Origin: an uncultured archaeon
GTDB lineage: Archaea > Iainarchaeota > Iainarchaeia > Iainarchaeales > Iainarchaeaceae
Length of the DNA stretch: 43,406 bases
Direction of reading: 5' to 3'
NCBI GenBank assembly: GCA_964372565.1
Contig: CAYJRH010000001.1
Span: 1-43,406 of the forward strand
Below the pieces are notes generated by a model. That model did no database searches. It had not been told where the DNA came from and was given only the letters and a program-made list of their open reading frames with translations. Shown here one piece after another: positions 15,758 through 24,418 of this stretch. Numbering within the stretch: the first letter of the stretch is position 1; every line of letters starts with the position of its first letter. The position numbers were made by a program, and so were the translations under genes.

Positions 15758-16369
15758 ATGCTTGAACTTGACAAGTGGCTTGGCAGGCAATCGCTCGCCG
15801 CGCTGGAATCCGAGAGGAAAGAACTGCTCGAAAAGGCGTACAATCTCGAAAGGAGCCTGGCAAAGAAACTCGTTGTGAGAAGCGATTACAACGATATCCA
15901 CTCCGCAATACACAAGAAGCTTGTTCTCCTGGACCTTGAAAAATCGATGGAGGGGCACGCACAGAAAATGGCCGAACTGCAGGAGGCCGCGGCAAAGCAC
16001 TCCAGAATCCTGTTTGAGATGGCTGAAGTTGTCGCCAAAAAGGCCTCTGCAGCAATCGAGGAGGCGCGGGACGCGAAAAGTGAATTTGTGCGGAACAGGA
16101 TCAATGCAGGGGATTTCCACAGGGAACTCGCCAAAGCCAACTCTGCGGTTGTTGAAGCTGCCCATGAAATCCTGTCAATGGTGAAAAAAGCGCAAAAGGA
16201 CAAGGCAATGCAGATTATTTCCGAAACCAAGAGGCTCCTGAAAAATGCGGAATCTGAATCCAAAGAAGCGCCAGGCCGCAAAAAGGTTGAGGTTGAGGTG
16301 CCGAAGAGAGAGCACGTGAGGAAGCTGAAGCATTACTCCAAGAAGAAAAAGCGGAAGCACCTTGCCTGA
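15758..16369 (+). CDS. coiled-coil hypothetical protein with a basic C-terminal tail
   Basis: 203 aa with heptad-like charged and hydrophobic patterning (ELLEKAYNLERSLAKK..., AELQEAAAKH...). It ends KLKHYSKKKKRKHLA. No family was recognised. Confidence 0.55.
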   Translation: MLELDKWLGRQSLAALESERKELLEKAYNLERSLAKKLVVRSDYNDIHSAIHKKLVLLDLEKSMEGHAQKMAELQEAAAKHSRILFEMAEVVAKKASAAIEEARDAKSEFVRNRINAGDFHRELAKANSAVVEAAHEILSMVKKAQKDKAMQIISETKRLLKNAESESKEAPGRKKVEVEVPKREHVRKLKHYSKKKKRKHLA

Positions 16370-16384
16370 AACACACGCGCGGAT

Positions 16385-16642
16385 TCAGGAACATGTGTCC
16401 GGCTGGATGCCGTTGCCCATTAAGCATTTTGCCAGCTTGTCGTTGCGCGTGTCGAGGAGCTTGTTCGCCTGAATGAGGGAATTGGTGTCGGCGGATGCGG
16501 AAGAAATGGCGTTTTGGTCAATGAACTTGTTTGTGATGTAGCCGCCTGCAAGCGCGCCGATTAGGAATACTATCAGGAGTATTATTCGGTTCATTGTAAT
16601 GAAACCGCTGCCCGCGAGCGTTGATTCATCATCTCTGCGCAT
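16385..16642 (-). CDS. small membrane protein (hypothetical)
   Basis: 85 aa with one TM segment (MNRIILLIVFLIGALAGGYI). A TATA-like CTTAAATAC lies about 25 nt upstream of ATG 16642. An alternative start is at 16594. Confidence 0.45.
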   Translation of the reverse strand: MRRDDESTLAGSGFITMNRIILLIVFLIGALAGGYITNKFIDQNAISSASADTNSLIQANKLLDTRNDKLAKCLMGNGIQPDTCS

Positions 16643-16678
16643 GAGGAATAGAAGCGGGTTCTTTGTATTTAAGAATTT

Positions 16679-16698
16679 GGGTTGGGGAGGGGTTGGGG
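16679..16698 (+). other. canonical G-quadruplex motif G3-TT-G4-A-G4-TT-G4
   Basis: GGGTTGGGGAGGGGTTGGGG sits in the 88-nt spacer between two minus-strand genes, so the G-rich strand is the template strand. Confidence 0.5.
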
Positions 16699-16730
16699 AG
16701 CCCGAAAATTTTTCTAGGGTGCAGAGTTAT

Positions 16731-17213
16731 CTATCGAGGCTTGCTGCCAAATTTTTTGGCCCTCTGCAGGGTTCTTTCAAAATGAGTTTGCAGTTGAGTT
16801 TTGTAGTTGACAAGGCGAATTGGCCCCATTAAACCGAGTTCTTTGGCACGCTCAAAAGATTTTTTTGCCAATATATAAGCAGCAGTAACTTCACCGGTCC
16901 TGTCGCGCCCATGCAGACAATGCAAAAAAATCCTTTTTTGATTAGCTTCTGCAAGAGCTGCGAGTGAAATAAATCTCTTTAATGTATCAAGTGGCACTTC
17001 CTTGAACCAGCCAACGGGCAGATTTACTACTTTCAAACCATCTGCGCGTGCGATTCTGGCCAGTGAAGGGGAAAGCGGTTCAAGTGAAACAATTGTGGAA
17101 ATACCGGCTTTTTTTAGTTCATCTATTTGTTTGGCAGTAGTTGGTGCGCCCCCTGTTGAGAGAACATCATCAATATTTCTTATATGAAAATAGTCCATGA
17201 AAGAATTAGCCAT
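16731..17213 (-). CDS. protein tyrosine / dual-specificity phosphatase (CX5R family)
   Basis: The P-loop IFLHCLHGRDRTGEVTAAYIL matches HCxxGxxR[ST]. The size of 160 aa is typical. Confidence 0.8.
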   Translation of the reverse strand: MANSFMDYFHIRNIDDVLSTGGAPTTAKQIDELKKAGISTIVSLEPLSPSLARIARADGLKVVNLPVGWFKEVPLDTLKRFISLAALAEANQKRIFLHCLHGRDRTGEVTAAYILAKKSFERAKELGLMGPIRLVNYKTQLQTHFERTLQRAKKFGSKPR

Positions 17214-17242
17214 TCGCTAAATAAATTACTTCCTATCCAAAG

Positions 17243-18406
17243 CTAAAAATCTATTCCCTCGCCGTTCAGCCCCATCGCCTCGCGCGCCCACTTCAATTTG
17301 GTGCTCTTTTCCTTGAGGTCGGGGCGGACGAGGAGCATTATCCTGCTCGGCCTTGAGAAGTCCTTGCAGACATAACCAGAGACCGCGGCGAACTTCTCCG
17401 ACCATGATTTGATTTCCTCGAATGCAAGCATGCTGTCGCGCGAAAGCCTGCTCCTTGAATCGCCGATGTGCATGTAGGATTTTATTTCGAGGAACTCCGG
17501 CTTCATGAGCCAGACCAAATCAGACCATGCCTTTAGCTCGGCTTCATCATCATTGAGGCCCCTTATCAGGGTTATCCTGATGACCTTGCGCGTGCCGAGC
17601 CCTGAAATCGCTTTCATCGAGTTCTGGAGGCGCTGCCAGCCGTCCTTGAGGACTGAGCGGTTTATTTTCCTGAACTTTTCCTCATTCGGCGCGTCGAGGG
17701 AAACGTAAATCTGCGTGGGAAGGAACTCCTTGTTTGTAGCCATCTTTTCAAACACCTCGGTTTTCTGGGCATTGGTTACAAGGAATACGCTTTTCGTTTC
17801 CGGCAATGACTTGATTTCGGCAATGAGCTCGCATATTTTCGGGTAAAGGGTCGGCTCGCCTGAAAGGGAAATCGCCCAATGCGAAGGCATCTGCGCCTTT
17901 TCGAACCTTGCTTTGTTCAGCGACGGGAGGCCGCCGAAGCCTGTGAGGAGCTTCTGCCTCTGCTTTACGGTTCCTGCAATGATTTTCCGCGGCTCGTCGA
18001 CCTCGATGTCCTCGATGTTCACGTTGCGCATCCATTCCATCGGGCGCCAGCAGAACACGCAGTTCTCGTTGCACCACAAGACCGAGGGCGACATCTGTGC
18101 GCAGCTCGCGCATTCTATCCCGTAGAACTTCTGCTTGTAGCAGACGCCTTCCTGCCTTATCGCTTTCTTGTTCCACGAGCAAATCTGCACCGCTGAATGG
18201 GAGCCGACCATGGCGTACTTTGAGTTCTTGAGCTTCCCGACCTGCTTTTTCGACAGGTATTTTGTCTCGTCCTTTTCCGAGTGCTCGTAGCCCGTTTCGG
18301 CGCCGTCAAAAAACTCGGTTTTCACCTTGCCTGATGCCGGCGCGGCCTGCTTGGAAGCGCATTCCTGTTGATGCTGGCCCTGCATCATTTCCAAAGCAAT
18401 CCTCAT
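17243..18406 (-). CDS. taw1: tRNA 4-demethylwyosine synthase (radical SAM, Taw1/TYW1)
   Basis: GSHSAVQICSWNKKAIRQEGVCYKQKFYGIECASCAQMSPSVLWCNENCVFCWRP carries the two Taw1/TYW1 Cys clusters, followed by AISLSGEPTLYP. A TATA-like TATTATAAAC lies about 35 nt upstream. Confidence 0.92.
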   Translation of the reverse strand: MRIALEMMQGQHQQECASKQAAPASGKVKTEFFDGAETGYEHSEKDETKYLSKKQVGKLKNSKYAMVGSHSAVQICSWNKKAIRQEGVCYKQKFYGIECASCAQMSPSVLWCNENCVFCWRPMEWMRNVNIEDIEVDEPRKIIAGTVKQRQKLLTGFGGLPSLNKARFEKAQMPSHWAISLSGEPTLYPKICELIAEIKSLPETKSVFLVTNAQKTEVFEKMATNKEFLPTQIYVSLDAPNEEKFRKINRSVLKDGWQRLQNSMKAISGLGTRKVIRITLIRGLNDDEAELKAWSDLVWLMKPEFLEIKSYMHIGDSRSRLSRDSMLAFEEIKSWSEKFAAVSGYVCKDFSRPSRIMLLVRPDLKEKSTKLKWAREAMGLNGEGIDF

Positions 18407-18532
18407 TCCCGAATTTGTACCCCAAGAAGTTTATAATACGTCTGGAGGTGCCGAATCTCCCCAAAAAAAGGCGGAAGAGCGGCGGAAAAAACAAATCTAC
18501 ATAATCGTTTTTTCTGAAAATTCCGCGGCTTT

Positions 18533-18580
18533 TTAAGGGCGGAAAAACCGCCTTAATCCAAAACCCTTTTTTGGTTTTGG
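18533..18580 (+). other. two adjacent hairpins in a divergent intergenic region
   Basis: TTAAGgGCGGaaaaaCCGCCTTAA (18533-18556) has 9 bp and one bulge. CCAAAACCcttttttGGTTTTGG (18558-18580) has 8 bp. Confidence 0.4.
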
Positions 18581-18708
18581 CGCCATTTGGCACGTTTATT
18601 CGCCGATTTGCGTTTTTATACCGGCGCTTACCCCATAAATATTTAAATAAGTTAGACTTTCCTATATCAGATTTTTTCTTTTTTGCAAAAAAAGAAGGGG
18701 AGATACTC

Positions 18709-18972
18709 ATGTACAAGTACACTATTGCAAGGCAGTTGGCCACGAAAAGGGTCATAACAAACAGGGGAGACGAGGTAGGCAAGCTTGTCGACCTGCTCGT
18801 TGACGAGGGGTCTGGAAGCATTGAACACCTCCTTGTCGAAGTCGACAGGGAATCCAAGGTCGCGAAGAGGATTGACGCGAAGGACCGCATAATAGAGATA
18901 CCTTATTCGGCGGTAACCGCTGTAAGCGACGTTTTCATTGTCGATGAAAGGGAAATAGGCGCGGAAAAGTAA
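18709..18972 (+). CDS. PRC-barrel domain protein
   Basis: MYKYTIARQLATKRVITNRGDEVGKLVDLLVDEGSGSIEHLLVEV fits the PRC-barrel pattern. ATG 18709 is preceded by GAAGGGGAG. The ORF-track start at 18571 is a non-ATG codon inside AT-rich promoter-like DNA. Confidence 0.7.
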   Translation: MYKYTIARQLATKRVITNRGDEVGKLVDLLVDEGSGSIEHLLVEVDRESKVAKRIDAKDRIIEIPYSAVTAVSDVFIVDEREIGAEK

Positions 18973-18984
18973 GGCGATTTAAAC

Positions 18985-20118
18985 TCATAATTCGAGTTCA
19001 ATGGTTTTCTTTTTCACATCGAGGCTTTTCAGGAGGCTTGCCGCCTTGTTCCCCTTGGCGGCTTCCAATTGGAACGCCTCGAGAATCTTTTTTTCAGGCA
19101 GGCCCTTTTCTATGCCTTCGAGTGCGGCTTTCCGTAGGGCATCGATTTCATTGTAATGCCCATAAATAAGCTCGCCTTTCCGCGTATTTTCGGAAACCTG
19201 CTGCTCGAATTTCCTGCGCGCGGCGCCCTGCTGCGAACGCACGTGCTCCAGCTTGGAGGAGCGCTCATGCGAGGCCTCGAGCCTTGCGGTTTCTTCCTTT
19301 GGCCGCGCCCCGGCAGAAGCCAATGCTTCATCAAGGCAATCGTTCAGCGAGGCTATTGGAACCGGCTCTTCGTTCAAATGGCCCAGCCTGAACGGGAAAA
19401 CGAAATTTTTGTAGGCGACGGGCGCATATTCGGCGCTTTCCGGCGAGTAAAGACCGTGGAGCCCTGAAACAAGCTTTCCGATTTCGGTGTCGTTGAAATC
19501 CCTCGCGGGCTTTGCCTTGCCGATTTTCTGGCGGAAGAACAGCTCCTCGGCAACCAGCGGCGATATGTTTGCTGTTGAAAGCAGCGCGCGTATCCCGTCC
19601 TTATCTGATTCCGAAAACGCTTTCCTGAGCCGGGCGACGGTGAGCGTTGCGGGGTTCTGGTGGTGCCTCGGGAACGCGTAAGTTTCGCCTTTCCTGATTT
19701 TCCTGTCGGCCCATTCCTCGTTGCGCGCGCAGGAAAGTATTTTGCCCTGCTTGTTTAGGAGAATCTGGTTGCCCTCGCCAAGGAGCTCGAGCACTAGCGT
19801 GTGCTCAAGGAACCTTATTGAGACAACCCTGTCCAAGTCATGCTGCTCAATCGAGACAATGCGCTTGTTGTAAAGCTCTTTTTTCAGCGCAACCGGGAAA
19901 TTCGATTTCCCGTGCCGGCCCTGCAGCGAATACTTGGTGATGAAGAAAGCGTTGCCCGCAATTATGAGGCCCTTGGAGCCCTGCTTGGTGTGGAGCTTTA
20001 CCTTAATCCTCCGCCCTTCGGTTTCGGAAACGTTGTTCACGAACGCGCCTTCGAAGAGCGGCGCCACCTCTCGGACAAGGTAAGCTATAGAAAGGTTGTC
20101 GAGCTGCATGGGGTTCAC
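18985..20118 (-). CDS. NFACT-N domain protein (Rqc2/RqcH/FbpA-like, short form)
   Basis: DNLSIAYLVREVAPLFEGAFVNNV...LIIAGNAFFITKY...FPVALKKELYNKRIVSIEQHDLDRVVSIRF...LVLELLGEGNQILLNKQGKIL...RKIRKGETYAFP fits NFACT-N, and a coiled coil follows. At 377 aa it is shorter than typical archaeal homologs; the NFACT-R/C parts are not evident. Confidence 0.7.
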   Translation of the reverse strand: MNPMQLDNLSIAYLVREVAPLFEGAFVNNVSETEGRRIKVKLHTKQGSKGLIIAGNAFFITKYSLQGRHGKSNFPVALKKELYNKRIVSIEQHDLDRVVSIRFLEHTLVLELLGEGNQILLNKQGKILSCARNEEWADRKIRKGETYAFPRHHQNPATLTVARLRKAFSESDKDGIRALLSTANISPLVAEELFFRQKIGKAKPARDFNDTEIGKLVSGLHGLYSPESAEYAPVAYKNFVFPFRLGHLNEEPVPIASLNDCLDEALASAGARPKEETARLEASHERSSKLEHVRSQQGAARRKFEQQVSENTRKGELIYGHYNEIDALRKAALEGIEKGLPEKKILEAFQLEAAKGNKAASLLKSLDVKKKTIELEL

Positions 20119-20204
20119 TATTATCTTCTTTCATCGGGTTAATAATTTCTGCTTAGGCCCGGGAAAAGGGCGGCTTTAAATATGCGGGAAAGGTAATTAT
20201 TGGC

Positions 20205-20711
20205 ATGGAAACAAAATGTGGTGGCCGGGCAGGGCAGGGCGCAGTGGAATACCTGCTCATAATCGGGGGGGCCGCGGCGGTCCTCGCAATTCTCGTGATG
20301 ATTGTTTTGAGCCAAATCAGCGCAGGCGGAGCCGCAACCAACTGCGACTTTGAGGCGGCGCAGAGGAACATTGCCCTTCCGCCTTCCGGCGTGAATATTA
20401 CAAGCCCGACAGCGTGCTATCTGGCTAAGCTATCCGCAACAGGGGTTAACCAAAACCTCATTGTTGACTTCAACTTTGGCTCGCTGGCAACGAGCTATGA
20501 CATTAATGTTTCGAAGCAGGGCGGCGGAACAGCAATATGTTTGGTCAGCGGAACGCCAATAGTGTATGCCACGGACAAAGGAGGGAAACAACATACGTGC
20601 AGCGGCATTAGTAATCCGCCGGCGGGCACCTATGACATCAATGTCACGGTTTTCACCAGTGCGGGCGTGCGGACAACCGACTTTGCAAAAGGCTCGGTAA
20701 TAGTGAAATAA
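20205..20711 (+). CDS. archaeal type IV pilin (class III signal peptide, DUF361-like)
   Basis: METKCGGRAG|QGAVEYLLIIGGAAAVLAILVMIVL contains the GQ..EYLL hallmark of class III signal peptides. A TATA-like CTTTAAATAT lies about 25 nt upstream of the ATG. Confidence 0.85.
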   Translation: METKCGGRAGQGAVEYLLIIGGAAAVLAILVMIVLSQISAGGAATNCDFEAAQRNIALPPSGVNITSPTACYLAKLSATGVNQNLIVDFNFGSLATSYDINVSKQGGGTAICLVSGTPIVYATDKGGKQHTCSGISNPPAGTYDINVTVFTSAGVRTTDFAKGSVIVK

Positions 20712-20781
20712 TGCCCGAATCAACCCCCGGCCTTTGATGCAAAAGCAAGCCTTTTTACTGCTTTTCCACGCGAATTAATCC

Positions 20782-21927
20782 ATGAAGCAACTCATCGTGC
20801 TCGGGGTTACGGGAAGCGTCGCCGCCGTGCGCTCCTTCGGCCTGTGCCGCGAGCTCCGCAGGCGCGGCTTCGGGGTGCAGGTTGTGATGAGCGATGCTGC
20901 GCAGGGCATTATAACTGAGGACGCGATGGGGTTCGCTTCGGGAAAGCCCGTCATTTCGAAAATTACCGGAAAGATTGAGCACGTGAAGCTGTTCGGCGCG
21001 AAGGGAAAAGCGGGGCTCCTGCTCATTGCACCGGCAACCGCGAACACGATAAGCAAAATCGCGATGGGCATTGATGACACGCCGGTAACGACAATGGCGA
21101 CAGTTGCAATCGGCGCGGGAAAGCCTGTGCTCCTGGCGCCGGCAATGCACAAGCCCATGTACGGGCATCCGATTGTGGCAGAGAACCTGAAGAAGCTTGA
21201 GAGCCGCGGAGTGATGGTCATTTCACCGCTTGAGGCTGAGGGCAAGGCAAAGCTTGCCGGCATTGATGAGATTGTTTTCGAGGCCGAGCGGGCGCTTGCG
21301 GGAAACAAATTTGCCGGGAAAAAAATCCTCGTAGCAACGGGGGCGATTCAGGAGCCGATTGATGATGTGCGCGCGTTGACAAACAGGAGCACGGGCGAAT
21401 TGGGAACAGAACTCGCGCTAGAGTGCCTGCGGCAAAAAGGCAAGGTAAAGGCAATCGGGAATAAAATCGGGGCGGCATTTTTGGAGTTTGAAAGGGCGGA
21501 TTTTGCCGGGGAACTGGAAAAAAAGGTTATGGCCGAGCTTGCAAAAGGATACGATTATTTCCTCTGCCCTGCAGCGATTCCGGATTTTTCCGCAGGAAAA
21601 AGAATCGGGAAAATCGGCTCTGCGGAAAAAATCGTTCTGGAACTGGCGCCGCGGGAGAAGCTGCTGGGGAAGGTGCGGGAAAAATTCCCCTTGCTGAAAG
21701 TTGTTGCTTTCAAGGCGCTGTGGGGGAAAAAGAAGGGCGGGGTCGAGAAGGCGGCGAAGAAATTTTTGAAGGAAAATGGTTTCCATGCTGTTGCCGCTGC
21801 GGATTTGAAGGCGTTCGCAAAAGGCGGGGCGAAGAGGGGGATGTTCTTCTGTTCGGCGAAGAAGTCGGCATGGATTGAAGGCACGAAGCAGGAGATTGCC
21901 GCAGAATTGGCCGGCTTCCTGCAGTAA
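20782..21927 (+). CDS. coaBC: bifunctional phosphopantothenoylcysteine decarboxylase / phosphopantothenate-cysteine ligase
   Basis: The N-terminal flavoprotein domain reads LGVTGSVAAVR...IAPATANTISKIAMGIDDTPVT. The C-terminal ligase motif is GKKILVATGAIQEPIDDVRALTNRSTGELG. Confidence 0.92.
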   Translation: MKQLIVLGVTGSVAAVRSFGLCRELRRRGFGVQVVMSDAAQGIITEDAMGFASGKPVISKITGKIEHVKLFGAKGKAGLLLIAPATANTISKIAMGIDDTPVTTMATVAIGAGKPVLLAPAMHKPMYGHPIVAENLKKLESRGVMVISPLEAEGKAKLAGIDEIVFEAERALAGNKFAGKKILVATGAIQEPIDDVRALTNRSTGELGTELALECLRQKGKVKAIGNKIGAAFLEFERADFAGELEKKVMAELAKGYDYFLCPAAIPDFSAGKRIGKIGSAEKIVLELAPREKLLGKVREKFPLLKVVAFKALWGKKKGGVEKAAKKFLKENGFHAVAAADLKAFAKGGAKRGMFFCSAKKSAWIEGTKQEIAAELAGFLQ

Positions 21928-21959
21928 ATTGCGCAGGATGGGCCGCTGTTTTTTAGCCG

Positions 21960-23228
21960 TTATTTCTTTTCCAATATCTCAAGGCCGGGAAGCGGCTCAC
22001 CGCCCAGGTACTGGAGCAGCGCCTTTCCTGCGAGCGATACGTGCGAGAAGTCCTGCGGAACAAGCCCGAAGGAAGTGAGGGCGCGCTCGGTGTCGCCTCC
22101 GCCGAGGATGGAGAAGCAGCGGTGGAAGGCTATTGCCTCGAGTATTTTCTTTGTGCCGATTGAGAACTTCGCCTTTTCGTAAACGCCCATCGGGCCGTTG
22201 AACACGACAACACCCGAGGCGCGTATCCTTTTCTTGAAAATTTCGGTTGTTTCGCTGCCGATGTCCATTGTGCTGTAATCGCTGGGAAGCCCGGAAACCT
22301 TAATTTCCTTCCTCTTCCCGTGGCTTCCTTGCTTGCCGTTTGGGATTTCAATGGCCAGGTCAACTGGCAGAATGAGCTTCTTGCTGTGCTTTGCGAGGAG
22401 TTCCTTTGCTTTTGGAAGCGCCTTTGAAAACCCCTTTTCCTCAAAGAACTTTTCCTTTGCCCCGAAGTTTGCGCCCTGCGCCTTCAGGAACAATTCGCCT
22501 AACAGGCCGCCAATGCATGCAGCGTCGCACATGCCTCTTTTGAGCATGCCGCCGAGGATTTCAACGGAATCCGAGAGCTTCGCGCCCCCGAGGACAACGA
22601 GCTTGCCTTTTTGGGTTTTGCCCTCGAGCTTTGCCAGGGCCTCGAGTTCGTGGTAAAGCGCCGGGCCTGCGGCGCAGGGCATATAGGGCTTGAAGCCGAC
22701 TACAGATGCGTGCGGCCTGTGGCAAACCGAAAGCGAGTCCTGCACAAACAGCTGGCCAAGCGGCCCGAGCGCCCTGATGAAAGGGTCTTTTGCGTGCTCC
22801 TCCGGGCTTTTATCGTCCTGCTCCTCCTTCTGGAAGCGGGTGTTGTCCAAAAGGATTACATCGCCGCCCTTCATCGCTTTAATTGCGGAAACGTAATCCT
22901 CGCTCCAGCGCATGAATTTGAGGGGCTTTCCAATGAACTTGCGGATGTGGTCTGCGTGCCTCTTGAGCTCGATGAACTCCTCCTCGCCCGGCCTTCCTTG
23001 ATGCGAGAGGACAACAACCTTGGCGCCCTCCTCGCTGAGGGCGTAAATGGTTTTGGAGTGCTCGCGCAGCCTCGAGGATATGACAACGCGGCCCTCGACA
23101 ACCGAACTGTTCAAATCGGCGCGGATGAAAACCGTTTTTCCCTTCAATGGGAAATCAAATGCGTTCTTGTAGTGCAAATCCAATCCCCCAAAACGGCCAA
23201 TCCGGGTTTCACCAAGCGGATACGCCAA
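21960..23228 (-). CDS. pgk: phosphoglycerate kinase
   Basis: GKTVFIRADLNSSV, VVLSHQGRPG, GGAKLSDSV, VFNGPMGVYE and SILGGGDTERAL are all present. Confidence 0.95.
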   Translation of the reverse strand: MAYPLGETRIGRFGGLDLHYKNAFDFPLKGKTVFIRADLNSSVVEGRVVISSRLREHSKTIYALSEEGAKVVVLSHQGRPGEEEFIELKRHADHIRKFIGKPLKFMRWSEDYVSAIKAMKGGDVILLDNTRFQKEEQDDKSPEEHAKDPFIRALGPLGQLFVQDSLSVCHRPHASVVGFKPYMPCAAGPALYHELEALAKLEGKTQKGKLVVLGGAKLSDSVEILGGMLKRGMCDAACIGGLLGELFLKAQGANFGAKEKFFEEKGFSKALPKAKELLAKHSKKLILPVDLAIEIPNGKQGSHGKRKEIKVSGLPSDYSTMDIGSETTEIFKKRIRASGVVVFNGPMGVYEKAKFSIGTKKILEAIAFHRCFSILGGGDTERALTSFGLVPQDFSHVSLAGKALLQYLGGEPLPGLEILEKK

Positions 23229-23263
23229 GGAGAGTGTGGAGGAGAAGCTATTTATTCCTAATC

Positions 23264-24040
23264 ATGGCACCTTCTTTCATGGCGCTAATTGACCTGAAGA
23301 AAGCGGGCGGGCTGCCGCTCAAGCTGGATGGGCACAAACTGGTGTTCGGCAAGGGAATGGGGATAGCCGTTCCGGAAGCGAGGACTTACAAGAGGATGGA
23401 GGCGGTGCTGAAAAACCCGAATGTGGAGGCGCCGCCGGAGTTCTATTACATGTACAGGGATGTGCACCTCAAAAAGGACGCGGCGAAAATTCGGGCGAAT
23501 GGCCTGCGCTACGACATCACTGTCCTGCCGGCTTTCAGCGTCGGCGGGGAATTCAACAAGACATTCGGGCATTGCCACCCGAAAGTAACCGGAACAGATA
23601 CGTGGTACCCTGAAGTGTATGAAGTGCTCCACGGGAGGGCGCATTTTCTCCAGCAGAACGGCCCCGAGTTCCTTGTATTTGACTGCCGCACGGGCGACAA
23701 ATGCGTGATGCTGCCAGGCTTTGCGCACGTGACAGTGAACCCTTCGGATTCCGAAACGCTGGTGCTGGCGAACTGGGTCTGCCCGGGATTTGAATCGGAT
23801 TACTCCCCCATTGAAGCCAAGCGCGGCGCAATGTACTACGAAACGCACCATGGGTTTGTGCCGAACAAGGCGTATGAGAGCGCCCCGCATGTGAGGCTCG
23901 CCAGCCCGAAGGAGTTCCCGGAATTCGGGATTACAAAGAAGCCTATTTACGCCGAGGCAGTGAAAAACCCGAAGAAGTTCGCGTGGCTCGTGAGGCCGCA
24001 GGGTTACGGGGCGCTTTTCAAAAAATACAGGGAAACGTGA
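23264..24040 (+). CDS. pgiA: cupin-type glucose-6-phosphate isomerase (cPGI)
   Basis: YYMYRDV....NGLRYDITVLPA...GGEFNKTFGHCHP...YPEVYEVLHGRAHFLLQ-like cupin metal site (HxH...E...H), matching the Pyrococcus/Thermococcus cPGI family. ATG 23264 is used because the track ORF start at 23147 overlaps pgk. Confidence 0.85.
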   Translation: MAPSFMALIDLKKAGGLPLKLDGHKLVFGKGMGIAVPEARTYKRMEAVLKNPNVEAPPEFYYMYRDVHLKKDAAKIRANGLRYDITVLPAFSVGGEFNKTFGHCHPKVTGTDTWYPEVYEVLHGRAHFLQQNGPEFLVFDCRTGDKCVMLPGFAHVTVNPSDSETLVLANWVCPGFESDYSPIEAKRGAMYYETHHGFVPNKAYESAPHVRLASPKEFPEFGITKKPIYAEAVKNPKKFAWLVRPQGYGALFKKYRET

Positions 24041-24092
24041 CAGGCTTCGGCAAGGGCAATGTTTAAATTACTGGGCAAACAACAGTATTTTT

Positions 24093-24269
24093 ATGAAGCT
24101 TTTTCAGGCGTTACGGAGAGGCGGGCAGAAAATCGGGGGACTGCCGGCCAGGGTTGCGGAAGCGAGGAGGAAGAGGGCCGAGGAAGCGGCTGCCGAGCGC
24201 GTGAGAAAAATCGCGCAATATGGGGATACCTTCGGACGCTTAAAAGTCTTACTGAAGACCCTGAAATAA
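24093..24269 (+). CDS. candidate 58-aa helical ORF; frame conflict with the track ORF 24059-24415
   Basis: The translation is MKLFQALRRGGQKIGGLPARVAEARRKRAEEAAAERVRKIAQYGDTFGRLKVLLKTLK*. A TATA-like GTTTAAATTA lies about 25 nt upstream of ATG 24093. The middle of the 118-aa track ORF translates poorly. Confidence 0.25.
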   Translation: MKLFQALRRGGQKIGGLPARVAEARRKRAEEAAAERVRKIAQYGDTFGRLKVLLKTLK

Positions 24270-24418
24270 TTTTCAGCCACGCTGAAGCGCTGGCAAAGCT
24301 GAAGGGAAAGGGAGCCCTTGGAAAATTCAGGGAATTCAGGAAAAGCCCTGGCTCCAGGAGCCTCTCAACGGCCATGGAGTGGATGGAAAAGAACCTGATT
24401 TCGCAGGAAAAATAAAGT

